A DNA stretch of 64,000 nucleotides from Candidatus Aldehydirespiratoraceae bacterium (GTDB taxonomy: Bacteria; Actinomycetota; Acidimicrobiia; Acidimicrobiales; Aldehydirespiratoraceae). The notes under the pieces were generated by a model that searched no databases, was not told where the DNA came from, and saw nothing but the letters and a program-made list of their open reading frames with translations. The position numbers were made by a program, and so were the translations under genes. The stretch spans positions 1,516,180 through 1,580,179 of the forward strand of contig OZ242337.1 in assembly GCA_965208435.1 (NCBI GenBank). The letters are read 5' to 3'. Below are positions 55,710 through 64,000 of this stretch, in pieces; position 1 is the first letter of the stretch, and each line of letters begins with the position of its first letter.

Positions 55710-57185
55710 TCAGGTTCCACGGGTCTTCAGCAGGTCCTCGAACCCCAGCACGACTGTGTGGTCCGTATCCGGGATCGCGTCATTGCCCGACAGGAACAGC
55801 CCGGTGGCCATGCCCAACTCCTCGGCCACATCGAGGTTGCCCGGGATGCTGCTCAGATAGAAGCAGTCGAACAGGTCAACAGACATCGTCCGCCGGGTCG
55901 CCTCGAACAGTGCCGGTTCAGGAAGGATCGAGCCGACATCACCGCTGACCATCCACGAAGAGATCGAGTCTTCAAGCGCCGCCATCCGCCGCAACCGGTC
56001 ACCCCACGCGCGGGGCTGGTTGCCGATCGCCGCAACCGGCAGTCCGCTGTTCTTCATGCGGTCCAAGAACGGATGCAGACCCTGGTTCAAACGGAAGGAC
56101 GACAGATACCTCGTCTCCATCTGATCAGACACCAGGCTCAGGTCAACCTCGCTCCAGAACTCCGAAGGCGAAACACGGCCCAACACCAAAAGACGATGGA
56201 GCTCCCGAACACGCTCAGGGTCGATGTCGGGCTGTTCAGCCATGATCAACGGCATCAGGGCACCTTCGAGCGGATTGGTGGGCCGGACCAACACACCATG
56301 AACATCCACCACCAGGAGCCGCAACATTCGACGGCGAGGGCGGCTCGCCTCCTGCGCACGGGTGGCCGCACGATGCTGACGGCGCCGAATGTCCCGGCGT
56401 CGGCGACCCTTCGGTGTGCGCCACTTGGCCAACAGGAAGCGCACCAGGTACGAGACGAGCAGCAGCACCAACAGGGCACCGGCGAAGAGGGCGACCATGG
56501 TCCAGACCCGCACAAGGATGCTCTCCGCCGCCGAGTTCGCCTCGACGCCGACAGCGCGACCGCCATAGCTCATCGTCCAGATGACGGTTTCGTCGACGAC
56601 CTCGCCGTTGGCCTCGCCGAGCGTCTCGGGCATCCGCACTGTCACCGTCAACCCGAGCGCATCTTCAAAGTCGCCTTCGACATCATCTTCGATCGCCTCG
56701 GCAGATCGCCCCAGCGGGGCAAGCCCACCGGGGAAAGCCCCGCCGAGCTGCTCGATGTCGAACGTGGGATCGACCGAACCGCTCAACGCGTAGTCGGTCC
56801 GGGCCGGACCCAGCCCGATGACGTCGAAGTTGTGCTCCTTGATGAGCGTGAACCCCTCGAAGATCACATCCTCACCGGCAATCTCAGCCAACACGGTGCC
56901 GAGCGCATCTGCTGACGGGAACCGTTTCGAGACGTTCACAGTCAATGAGCCGGCTCGGTCGACGGTGTTGGCGTTGACCGTCCAGCCCGCGTCGCTGAGA
57001 TCGCCCAACTGCAGACCATCTGGAGCATCGGGGATGAGCGCAACAGCTTCGGGGTCGGCGACCACTTCCACGGTCACCTCGCCCGAGCCGTCGTCGTCAA
57101 CCCTGATGTCGACGGTGGTATCGACCCGGCATGCGCTTGCGAGCAGCAACAGGGCCACCACCGCTAGCACACGCAACCGCATCAT
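55710..57185 (-). CDS. Lipoprotein (LppM-like N-domain) - TM - HAD-like hydrolase fusion
   Basis: Lipobox LLLASAC, mid-protein TM helix (VWTMVALFAGALLVLLLVSYL), and a HAD-like LLVVDVHGVL start of the C-domain. Confidence 0.55.
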   Translation of the reverse strand: MMRLRVLAVVALLLLASACRVDTTVDIRVDDDGSGEVTVEVVADPEAVALIPDAPDGLQLGDLSDAGWTVNANTVDRAGSLTVNVSKRFPSADALGTVLAEIAGEDVIFEGFTLIKEHNFDVIGLGPARTDYALSGSVDPTFDIEQLGGAFPGGLAPLGRSAEAIEDDVEGDFEDALGLTVTVRMPETLGEANGEVVDETVIWTMSYGGRAVGVEANSAAESILVRVWTMVALFAGALLVLLLVSYLVRFLLAKWRTPKGRRRRDIRRRQHRAATRAQEASRPRRRMLRLLVVDVHGVLVRPTNPLEGALMPLIMAEQPDIDPERVRELHRLLVLGRVSPSEFWSEVDLSLVSDQMETRYLSSFRLNQGLHPFLDRMKNSGLPVAAIGNQPRAWGDRLRRMAALEDSISSWMVSGDVGSILPEPALFEATRRTMSVDLFDCFYLSSIPGNLDVAEELGMATGLFLSGNDAIPDTDHTVVLGFEDLLKTRGT

Positions 57186-57224
57186 CGTATGAACGCTAGA
57201 CCGCTGAACACGTCACCGGGCCAT

Positions 57225-57309
57225 TTCTTCCACTCTTGTTCGCTTCGCTCACTGGCCGCTCGGACACGTTTTCTTCCGCTCTTGTCGCTTCGCTCACGGG
57301 CCGCTCGGG
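57225..57309 (+). repeat. Two tandem copies of a roughly 39 bp intergenic repeat (ttcttccRctcttgt(t)cgcttcgctcacKggccgctcgg)
   Basis: 57225-57263 and 57271-57309. The same family recurs inverted at 63808-63874. Confidence 0.85.
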
Positions 57310-57321
57310 CCATGGGGGGCG

Positions 57322-59859
57322 CTAGAAGCTGTCGACCGCTTCGGCGAGTTCAACTTCGGGAGGAGTGAATCCCTCTATGGATCGGAACACGATCATCAAG
57401 TCGTCTCCGGCGGAAGGGTCGGCCTCTACGTCGACGATGACAATCTCGCCCGCCCGGAAATCCTTGTTGAGGAGCTTCTCCGAGAGGGGATCCTCGACCA
57501 GGCGCTGCAGAGCGCGACGCAACGGCCTCGCACCGAGCGTCGGGTCGTAGCCCTCTGCTGAGAGGAAGTCCTTGGCGGCGTCGGTCAACTCCAGACCCAT
57601 GCCCTGACCGGCGAGTTGTTCGGCGGTGCGGGCCACCATGAGATCGACGATCTCACGCACTTCGAGCCGGCTCAGCTCATGGAAGACGATCACATCATCG
57701 ATGCGGTTCAGGAACTCCGGCCGGAAATGCGCCTTGAGGGCATCGGTGACCTTCTCCTTCATGCGCTCATAGGTGACCGCCTCGTCAACCTTCGTGAACC
57801 CGAGGTTGGCCTTGCGCAGGTCTTGGGTGCCCAGGTTGGAGGTCATGATCAGCACGGTGTTGCGGAAGTCGACAGAGCGACCCTGGCTGTCGGTCAGCCG
57901 TCCCTCTTCAAGGATCTGCAGCAGAGTGTTGAAGACGTCCGGATGGGCCTTCTCCACCTCGTCGAACAGCACCACCGAGAAGGGCTTGCGGCGCACCTGC
58001 TCGGTGAGCTGACCACCTTCGTCGTAGCCGATGAAACCGGGAGGCGAACCGATGAGACGGCTGACAGTGTGCTTGTCCATGTACTCCGACATGTCGAGGC
58101 TGATCAGGGCACTCTCATCACCGAACAGGAACTCGGCAAGGGTCTTTGCCAACTCGGTCTTGCCGACGCCTGACGGGCCCAGGAAGATGAACGAACCGCT
58201 GGGCCGCTTCGGATCCTTCAGGCCGGCCCGGGTGCGACGGATCGCCTGGGACACGGCGTGAACCGAACTCTGCTGGCCGACGACCCGCTTGTGGAGCTCG
58301 TCCTCCATGCGCAGCAGCTTCTGGGTCTCCTCCTCAGTCAGCTTGTAGACGGGGATACCAGTCCACAACGACAGGACCTCGGCGATCGCCTCCTCATCGA
58401 CCTCGTCGAAGAGGTCGACCCCGGACGCCTTGGCCTCGCCCTCCAGAGAATCACGACGGGCGAGCAGCTCCTTCTCGCGGTCCCGCAGACGACCCGCCTC
58501 CTCGAACTGCTGGGACTCGACTGCGAATTTTTTCTGTTGGACCACCTCGGCGATCTCAGCCTCCAGCTCCTTGTACTCGGGCGGGGTGGCCATCCGCTTG
58601 ATGCGCAGACGTGAACCTGCCTCGTCGATCAGGTCGATGGCCTTGTCGGGCAGGAACCGGTCCGCGATGTAGCGGTCCGCCAGATTGGCCGCAGCCACGA
58701 CGGCCTGGTCAGTGATGGTCACCCGGTGGTGCGTCTCGTAGCGGTCGCGCAGCCCCTTGAGGATCTCGATCGTGTGCGGGACCGTCGGCTCGTCGACAAC
58801 GACCCGCTGAAATCGCCGTTCCAGGGCGGCGTCCTTCTCAAAGTACTTGCGATACTCGTCGAGGGTTGTTGCGCCTATGGTCTGAAGCTCACCGCGCGCC
58901 AGCATGGGCTTGAGGATGGAGGCGGCGTCGATCGCGCCCTCCGCTGCACCCGCGCCGACCAGCGTGTGGATCTCGTCGACGAACAGGATGATGTCGCCGC
59001 GGGTCCTGATCTCCTTGAGCACCTTCTTGAGGCGTTCCTCGAAATCGCCGCGATAACGCGACCCGGCGACCAGAGCGCCCAGGTCGAGCGTGTAGAGCTG
59101 CTTCTCGAAGAGGGTCTCGGGGACGTTGTCGTTGGCGATCGCCTGCGCCAGCCCCTCGACGATGGCGGTCTTGCCGACACCGGGTTCGCCCACCAGCACC
59201 GGATTGTTCTTGGTGCGGCGGCTGAGGACCTGCATCACCCGTTCGGTCTCACGGGCACGCCCGATCACCGGATCGAGGCTCTTGTCGCGTGCCAACTGGG
59301 TGAGATTGCGGCCGAACTGGTCGAGGACCAGCGAACCGGAGGCGCTGTCGCCGCCCGAGCCGCCGGTGACCGCTCCGGCCCGTTCACGGGAGGAGCCTGA
59401 CCCCTGTTCCCCGGCCGGGCCGCCGTAACCGGAAAGCAGCTTGATGACCTGTTGACGCACGCGACTGAGGTCAGCCCCGAGCTTCACAAGAACCTGGGCT
59501 GCCACCCCCTCGCCCTCCCGGATCAAGCCCAACAGGATGTGTTCGGTGCCGATGTAGTTGTGCCCGAGCTGCAGCGCTTCACGGAGGCTGAGTTCGAGGA
59601 CCTTCTTGGCCCGCGGGGTGAAAGGGATGTGGCCGCTCGGTGAGGAGCCGCCCTGTCCGATGATCTCCTGCACCTGGTTGCGCACCGCCTCGAGGCTGAT
59701 GCCCAGCGATTCGAGTGCCTTCGCCGCGACTCCCTCACCCTCATGGATGAGTCCGAGGAGGATGTGTTCAGTACCGATGTAGTTGTGGTTGAGCAGGCGC
59801 GCTTCCTCCTGCGCCAACACCACCACTCGTCGAGCCCTGTCGGTAAACCGCTCGAACAT
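57322..59859 (-). CDS. clpC: ATP-dependent Clp protease ATP-binding subunit ClpC
   Basis: [35 protein letters not shown], two AAA modules ([16 protein letters not shown]) and a UVR-like linker. Confidence 0.95.
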   Translation of the reverse strand: MFERFTDRARRVVVLAQEEARLLNHNYIGTEHILLGLIHEGEGVAAKALESLGISLEAVRNQVQEIIGQGGSSPSGHIPFTPRAKKVLELSLREALQLGHNYIGTEHILLGLIREGEGVAAQVLVKLGADLSRVRQQVIKLLSGYGGPAGEQGSGSSRERAGAVTGGSGGDSASGSLVLDQFGRNLTQLARDKSLDPVIGRARETERVMQVLSRRTKNNPVLVGEPGVGKTAIVEGLAQAIANDNVPETLFEKQLYTLDLGALVAGSRYRGDFEERLKKVLKEIRTRGDIILFVDEIHTLVGAGAAEGAIDAASILKPMLARGELQTIGATTLDEYRKYFEKDAALERRFQRVVVDEPTVPHTIEILKGLRDRYETHHRVTITDQAVVAAANLADRYIADRFLPDKAIDLIDEAGSRLRIKRMATPPEYKELEAEIAEVVQQKKFAVESQQFEEAGRLRDREKELLARRDSLEGEAKASGVDLFDEVDEEAIAEVLSLWTGIPVYKLTEEETQKLLRMEDELHKRVVGQQSSVHAVSQAIRRTRAGLKDPKRPSGSFIFLGPSGVGKTELAKTLAEFLFGDESALISLDMSEYMDKHTVSRLIGSPPGFIGYDEGGQLTEQVRRKPFSVVLFDEVEKAHPDVFNTLLQILEEGRLTDSQGRSVDFRNTVLIMTSNLGTQDLRKANLGFTKVDEAVTYERMKEKVTDALKAHFRPEFLNRIDDVIVFHELSRLEVREIVDLMVARTAEQLAGQGMGLELTDAAKDFLSAEGYDPTLGARPLRRALQRLVEDPLSEKLLNKDFRAGEIVIVDVEADPSAGDDLMIVFRSIEGFTPPEVELAEAVDSF

Positions 59860-59986
59860 CGGGTTTCGCCTCCTAAATCTCGGGCTGTACAAGACTCAGT
59901 GTATAGGCACGCTTGCGACTAAGACCACGAAAGCACATCGCGGCTGATAATCGCCTACGACGAGATTGCGCAAGTAACCTCTCAGC

Positions 59987-60976
59987 GTGGCCGTCACTCC
60001 GCTCTCCCTGGTTCCCTCGATGCAGGACGATCTTCTCCGCGTCGAGGCCGAACTTCTGCGGGTGGTCTCCGCAACCGACGACTTCCTCACCGAGGTCGCC
60101 AGCCACCTGATCAACGCGGGCGGAAAGCGGGTCAGGCCCGGGTTCTGCATCGCCGCCGCGGCCGTCCACGACTTCGACGGCGAGGCGGCTTCGATCGACG
60201 TGATCCGCGGTGGTTGCGCGGTCGAGCTGGTGCACATCGGCTCGCTCTACCACGACGACGTCATGGACGGAGCCGCGACCCGTCGGGGCGTCAAGAGCAT
60301 CAACGCGCAGTGGGGGAACCTGCGTGCGATTCTGGCCGGCGACTATCTGCTCGGGCGCGCCTCTGAGTTGGCGGCTGCGCTCGGGACCGAGGTGGCCGGG
60401 CTGCTGGCGACAACCATCACCGAACTCTGCACCGGCCAGATCCTCGAACTGGAGTCTGTGCACAACGCGGACCGCACCTTCGAGCAGTACCAACGGTCGA
60501 TCTCCGGCAAGACGTCGTCATTGCTGGCGACTTCCTGTCGAATCGGTGGAATCGTGGCCGATATCCCCCGACCGACGATCGACGCTCTCAGCGAGTTCGG
60601 GCGCGCCTACGGGATGGCCTTCCAGATCGTGGACGACATCCTCGACATCATCGCCACAGACGAACAGCTCGGGAAACCCGCCGGAACCGACCTGCTCGAA
60701 GGGATCTACACGCTGCCTGTGATCTACTCGCTGGGCGACCCCGAAGTTGCCGCCGAACTCCGTTCGCTGCTGCGAAGCGACATCACCGACGCGGAGCGGG
60801 ACCGGGCTCGGGAGCTGACGCGCCTCGGTGGCGGGGTCGAGCTTGCTGTCGAGGTGGCCGAGACCTGGGCCAACAAGGCCGATGCCGCTTTGTCGGACCT
60901 TCCCGACACGACCGGCGCCGCAGCCCTGCGGGCGGCCGGACACCACCTTCTGGACCGCCTCAACGCCGTCCGCTAG
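59987..60976 (+). CDS. Polyprenyl diphosphate synthase (trans-IPPS)
   Basis: First and second Asp-rich motifs (LYHDDVMD, FQIVDDILD). Confidence 0.85.
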   Translation: MAVTPLSLVPSMQDDLLRVEAELLRVVSATDDFLTEVASHLINAGGKRVRPGFCIAAAAVHDFDGEAASIDVIRGGCAVELVHIGSLYHDDVMDGAATRRGVKSINAQWGNLRAILAGDYLLGRASELAAALGTEVAGLLATTITELCTGQILELESVHNADRTFEQYQRSISGKTSSLLATSCRIGGIVADIPRPTIDALSEFGRAYGMAFQIVDDILDIIATDEQLGKPAGTDLLEGIYTLPVIYSLGDPEVAAELRSLLRSDITDAERDRARELTRLGGGVELAVEVAETWANKADAALSDLPDTTGAAALRAAGHHLLDRLNAVR

Positions 60977-60987
60977 CGTCCGTCCGT

Positions 60988-61074
60988 CAGGGGCCGACGC
61001 CAGGGGCCGACGCCAGGGGCCGACGCCAGGGGCCGACGCCAGGGGCCGACGCCAGGGGCCGACGCCAGGGGCCG
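60988..61074. repeat. 13 bp tandem repeat caggggccgacgc x6 plus a partial copy
   Basis: Perfect copies read directly between convergent genes. Confidence 0.95.
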
Positions 61075-61078
61075 TGTG

Positions 61079-61882
61079 CTAGCGGTTGTTGCGCTGGTTG
61101 CGCTGGTGGACGATGCGCAGGCCGTGGAGTGTCAGGAAGGGTTCAACGTTCTCGATCGTGCGAGCCACCGGTGCGATCAAGTGGGCGAGACCGCCCGTGG
61201 CCACCACGTTTATCTCACCCAGCTCCTCTGCGAAGCGGTCAACCATGCCGTCGATCATCGCGGCGAAGCCGTACACCGTGCCCGACTGGATCGACTCGAC
61301 AGTCGACTTGCCGACGACGCTGCGCGGCTCGACCAGTTCCACCGCTCGCAGCGCCGCGGCCCTGCCGAACAGCGCATCGAGGCTGATCTCGATACCGGGG
61401 GCGATCGCACCCCCCAGGAACTCGCCTACCTCAGAGATGACATCGAAATTGTTGCCCGTGCCGAAGTCCACAACGATCGTCGGACCGCCGTACAAGTCGA
61501 AGGCGCCGATGGCGTTGGCGATCCGATCCGCGCCGACCTCCTTGGGATTGTCATAGAGGATCGGGATGCCCGTCTTCACGCCCGGTTCGATGACGATCGG
61601 GTCGAACGGCAGGTAGCGCCCGACCATGTCACGCAGCACCGCGAGGATCCGCGGCACACCCGAACAGATGGCAGTGCCGGTCAGGTCCGTTTCCAGACCG
61701 ACCCCGACCGTGTCGAGCAGCGAACGAATGAGCACTGAGTACTCATCAGGTGTTCGCTCGGCGTCCGTTGAGATGCGCCAGTGGTCGACCAGCCCGACCG
61801 AGGCTCCCTCTCCCAGATCGCTGTCAAGATCGTAGAGGCCGAGGACACTCTGGGTATTCCCGACGTCGATGGTTAGAAGCAC
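61079..61882 (-). CDS. coaX: Type III pantothenate kinase
   Basis: MLLTIDVGNT......, DFGT and ATGG motifs. Confidence 0.9.
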   Translation of the reverse strand: MLLTIDVGNTQSVLGLYDLDSDLGEGASVGLVDHWRISTDAERTPDEYSVLIRSLLDTVGVGLETDLTGTAICSGVPRILAVLRDMVGRYLPFDPIVIEPGVKTGIPILYDNPKEVGADRIANAIGAFDLYGGPTIVVDFGTGNNFDVISEVGEFLGGAIAPGIEISLDALFGRAAALRAVELVEPRSVVGKSTVESIQSGTVYGFAAMIDGMVDRFAEELGEINVVATGGLAHLIAPVARTIENVEPFLTLHGLRIVHQRNQRNNR

Positions 61883-61952
61883 ACGATTACGCTATCGGCC
61901 CGGTGGTTCAGGTGCCTTACGGGCTGTGGCGATCAGATCACCGCACCGTCGT

Positions 61953-62798
61953 TCAGATCACTGCACCGTCGTTGTCGATGAGTCGGGCCCGTCCGAAGCG
62001 GGCCGCCACCAGAAGTCGCACTTCGCCGTGCAGGGGACCCTCACTGACAAGCGAATCCGCTTGGACGGCGGCCACGTAGTCGAGCGAGGCGAGGCCGGCC
62101 CGATCGACCACGGCCTCCATCGCCGCCTCGACGGCCGCCGGATCCCTCTCCCCGGCGCTGATCGCATCGAGCCCGGCGTCGAGGGCGGCACGCAGGACCG
62201 GGGCCTGGGTTCTCTCCTCGGCGCTGAGGTAGACGTTGCGGCTGGACATCGCCAGACCGTCGGGCTCGCGAACCGTCGGACACGCCACGACGTCGACCGG
62301 GATGCTCAGATCACTGACCATGCGTCTGACCACGCAGACCTGCTGCCAGTCCTTCGACCCGAAATAGGCGCGACAAGGCCCCACGATCGAGAACAGTTTG
62401 GCCACCACCGTCGCGACCCCTGTGAAGTGATGAGGACGCGCCACCCCCTCCAGGGGGGCGGCCACCGACGAAACCTCGACGACCGTCGCAACCTCACGGG
62501 GATACATCTCCCCAACTGAAGGAACGAAGAGGTAGTCGACTCCGAGGGCTTCGCACTGTGCACTGTCCGCGGCCAGATCCCGCGGATAGGAACCGAAGTC
62601 CTCGCCCTCAGCGAACTGCAGCGGATTCACGAAGATCGACACGATTGTCACCGGATTCTCTGCGACCGCGGCCTCGACCAGCGACAGGTGCCCGTCGTGC
62701 AAGTACCCCATGGTCGGCACAAAACCGACCCCGCGGCCCGCCCGACGCTCCGCGTCGAGCCGCTCCCTCAGTTCAGAAATTGTGGCGATTGTTTCCAT
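61953..62798 (-). CDS. panC: Pantoate-beta-alanine ligase (start taken at METIATI)
   Basis: GFVPTMGYLHDGHLSL, VSIFVNP.QF and RE.DGLA.SSRN motifs. Confidence 0.9.
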   Translation of the reverse strand: METIATISELRERLDAERRAGRGVGFVPTMGYLHDGHLSLVEAAVAENPVTIVSIFVNPLQFAEGEDFGSYPRDLAADSAQCEALGVDYLFVPSVGEMYPREVATVVEVSSVAAPLEGVARPHHFTGVATVVAKLFSIVGPCRAYFGSKDWQQVCVVRRMVSDLSIPVDVVACPTVREPDGLAMSSRNVYLSAEERTQAPVLRAALDAGLDAISAGERDPAAVEAAMEAVVDRAGLASLDYVAAVQADSLVSEGPLHGEVRLLVAARFGRARLIDNDGAVI

Positions 62799-62907
62799 AG
62801 CAGCGCGCAACAAACTAGTCGCAAGCGGCCCCCAAACTTCACAACAGCTCAGCCCAGATACCCCGCGGGGCCTGTCAGGCCCCACCAGTAGAGCCGTACC
62901 GGATCGT

Positions 62908-63735
62908 TCAACCGATGGTCATCAGGGTGGTGCCGGACAGCACGGCGGCGATGCCGGTGGTCTGCCACCAGTGCAGCCTGTCCTCGTCGAACAGAACGGC
63001 CAGCGCGATGGTGACGACCGGGTAGAGCGAACCCGCCACCGCAACCTCCCCGACCGGGCCCCGCTGCAATCCGGCAATCAACGAAGCCATCCCAGCACCA
63101 CCGACTATCCCCCCGACCAAGCCTGCGAGCCGAAGCGTACGCGGCAACACCTGGGGGACTCGCATCGCTCTCGTAGCGGCCAGCATCAACACCGTAGCCA
63201 CCAACCGTTGACTGACCGCCGGCCACATACCACTGTCCAGGTTCGTTCTGCCTAAAAGCACCGTCGCTATCGCGAAACAGGCACCAGCCAATACCGCGAA
63301 CATGATGCCCGCTTGGAGCCGCCCGCCGAGATCGGGGACAATGACCGCAACCAGCAGGCCGACAACGGCCAAGGCGATTCCCGCGCCCACCACACGCGAC
63401 GGACGCTCACCCGTAACGAATCCGTATCCCAACGGTCCCAGAGCCGTGAATGCGGCCACGACCGGCGATGCAACCGCGGCAGAGGAGATGGCCATGCTGT
63501 GCCACATTGCTGAGAGCGCGAAGGCCATCAGGGCACCTGAAGCAGCCCCCAGCACGAGAGCCTCATAGTCGATCGCGCTGGGTACGAAGAACAACAGCAC
63601 AGCAGTCACCCCGAGGCCGCCGATGAACGCGGTGCCCACTGACGTCATGGCATGGGAACGCCGAGCGCAGAACCGGCCGTAATAGTCCGACACGCCGATG
63701 AACACCGACGCTAGAACTCCCAGAAGCACCGGCAT
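62908..63735 (-). CDS. EamA/DMT-family transporter
   Basis: About 10 hydrophobic helices, 275 aa, internal two-fold repeat typical of DMT. Confidence 0.7.
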   Translation of the reverse strand: MPVLLGVLASVFIGVSDYYGRFCARRSHAMTSVGTAFIGGLGVTAVLLFFVPSAIDYEALVLGAASGALMAFALSAMWHSMAISSAAVASPVVAAFTALGPLGYGFVTGERPSRVVGAGIALAVVGLLVAVIVPDLGGRLQAGIMFAVLAGACFAIATVLLGRTNLDSGMWPAVSQRLVATVLMLAATRAMRVPQVLPRTLRLAGLVGGIVGGAGMASLIAGLQRGPVGEVAVAGSLYPVVTIALAVLFDEDRLHWWQTTGIAAVLSGTTLMTIG

Positions 63736-63807
63736 ACGCTCCGCACGCTAGCGGACCGACTGCTTGCTGTGGTTGAAACGTCGAGTCAGCGGTCAGCGAG
63801 GCCGCGG

Positions 63808-63874
63808 CCCGAGCGGCCCCGTGAGCGCAGCGAACAAGAGCGGGAAGCGGAGCGCAGCGAACAAGAGCGGGAAG
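63808..63874 (-). repeat. Inverted-orientation copies (one full, one partial) of the 57.2 kb intergenic repeat family
   Basis: The reverse complement of 63808-63847 is cttcccgctcttgttcgctgcgctcacggggccgctcggg, versus cttccgctcttgtcgcttcgctcacgggccgctcggg at 57273-57309. Confidence 0.85.
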
Positions 63875-63904
63875 TGGAGCGCGCTCCGTGACTGGGACTC
63901 GACT

Positions 63905-64000
63905 TCAGCTGTCGGCCAACCGTCTTGCCTCGTTGACGAGAGCCTCGTAGACCGCGCGTTCCTCCGCGGGCAGCGCCTTGAGATGGCGTGCGATCGTTGC
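63905..64000 (-). CDS. 3-prime end of an unidentified gene running off the right edge
   Basis: Open frame ...ATIARHLKALPAEERAVYEALVNEARRLADS-stop (TGA at 63905-63907). Only 31 codons are visible. Confidence 0.3.
   Translation of the reverse strand, partial: ATIARHLKALPAEERAVYEALVNEARRLADS

Noticed and set aside
59893-59986. Possible ClgR-type operator upstream of clpC.
   Set aside because: I could not find a convincing CGC-N5-GCG type palindrome in the leader. Only weak partial matches are present.
60988-61074. Possibility that the tandem repeats here, or at 49.9-50.3 kb or 57.2 kb, are CRISPR arrays.
   Set aside because: The repeats are contiguous, with no unique spacers of 25-40 bp. The units are too short (13-15 bp) or lie within a CDS. 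No cas genes are in the window.
60828-61082. ORF translating the 13 bp tandem repeat (…GADARGRRQGPTPGADARGRRQGPTPGAVC).
   Set aside because: The reading frame is created by the repeat itself (period 13, so the frame rotates). There is no start context, and it lies between two convergent stops.

Overview
High-GC (about 65% by eye) actinobacterial chromosomal segment. The core genes are glnD, hyuAB, hemQ, fdhD, groEL with a CIRCE operator, glxK, rlmB-ispF-ispD, crp-like, clpC, coaX and panC. Four accessory insertions interrupt this backbone. (1) The left edge carries an IS982-like transposase fragment, mazEF-like and vapBC toxin-antitoxin pairs, and cadI. (2) A roughly 1 kb AT-rich islet (3.9-5.0 kb) holds an orphan 2-TM protein. 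(3) A slightly lower-GC HipA-like kinase plus HipS-like/HIRAN protein pair sits at 13.0-14.7 kb. (4) A roughly 26.5 kb lower-GC defence island starts directly 3-prime of tRNA-Thr(UGU) and spans 20.5-47.0 kb. The island holds a DUF262/DUF1524 SspE-like gene convergent with an 8-gene translationally coupled operon. That operon is sspA-sspB-sspC-sspD followed by a PLD-helicase, an 81 aa ORF, an SMC/DndD-like ATPase and a 162 aa protein. Next come two IS1380-like copies in direct orientation, one gutted by a nested IS3-type element. They bracket 7.1 kb of defence cargo: a Cap4-type nuclease/P-loop NTPase giant (Avs-like), a nuclease-like/wHTH AbiEi-like protein with an AbiEii nucleotidyltransferase, and a DUF429 protein. 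An AAA/DUF4143 ATPase closes the island. Other notable items are a secreted repeat protein with a G13 tract in its signal-peptide codons and a 2 x 354 bp tandem duplication, a 131 nt T-free CAGAC-rich leader, an azlC with an in-frame TAG, and several short repeat families. All functional calls come from motif recognition by eye; no searches were run.
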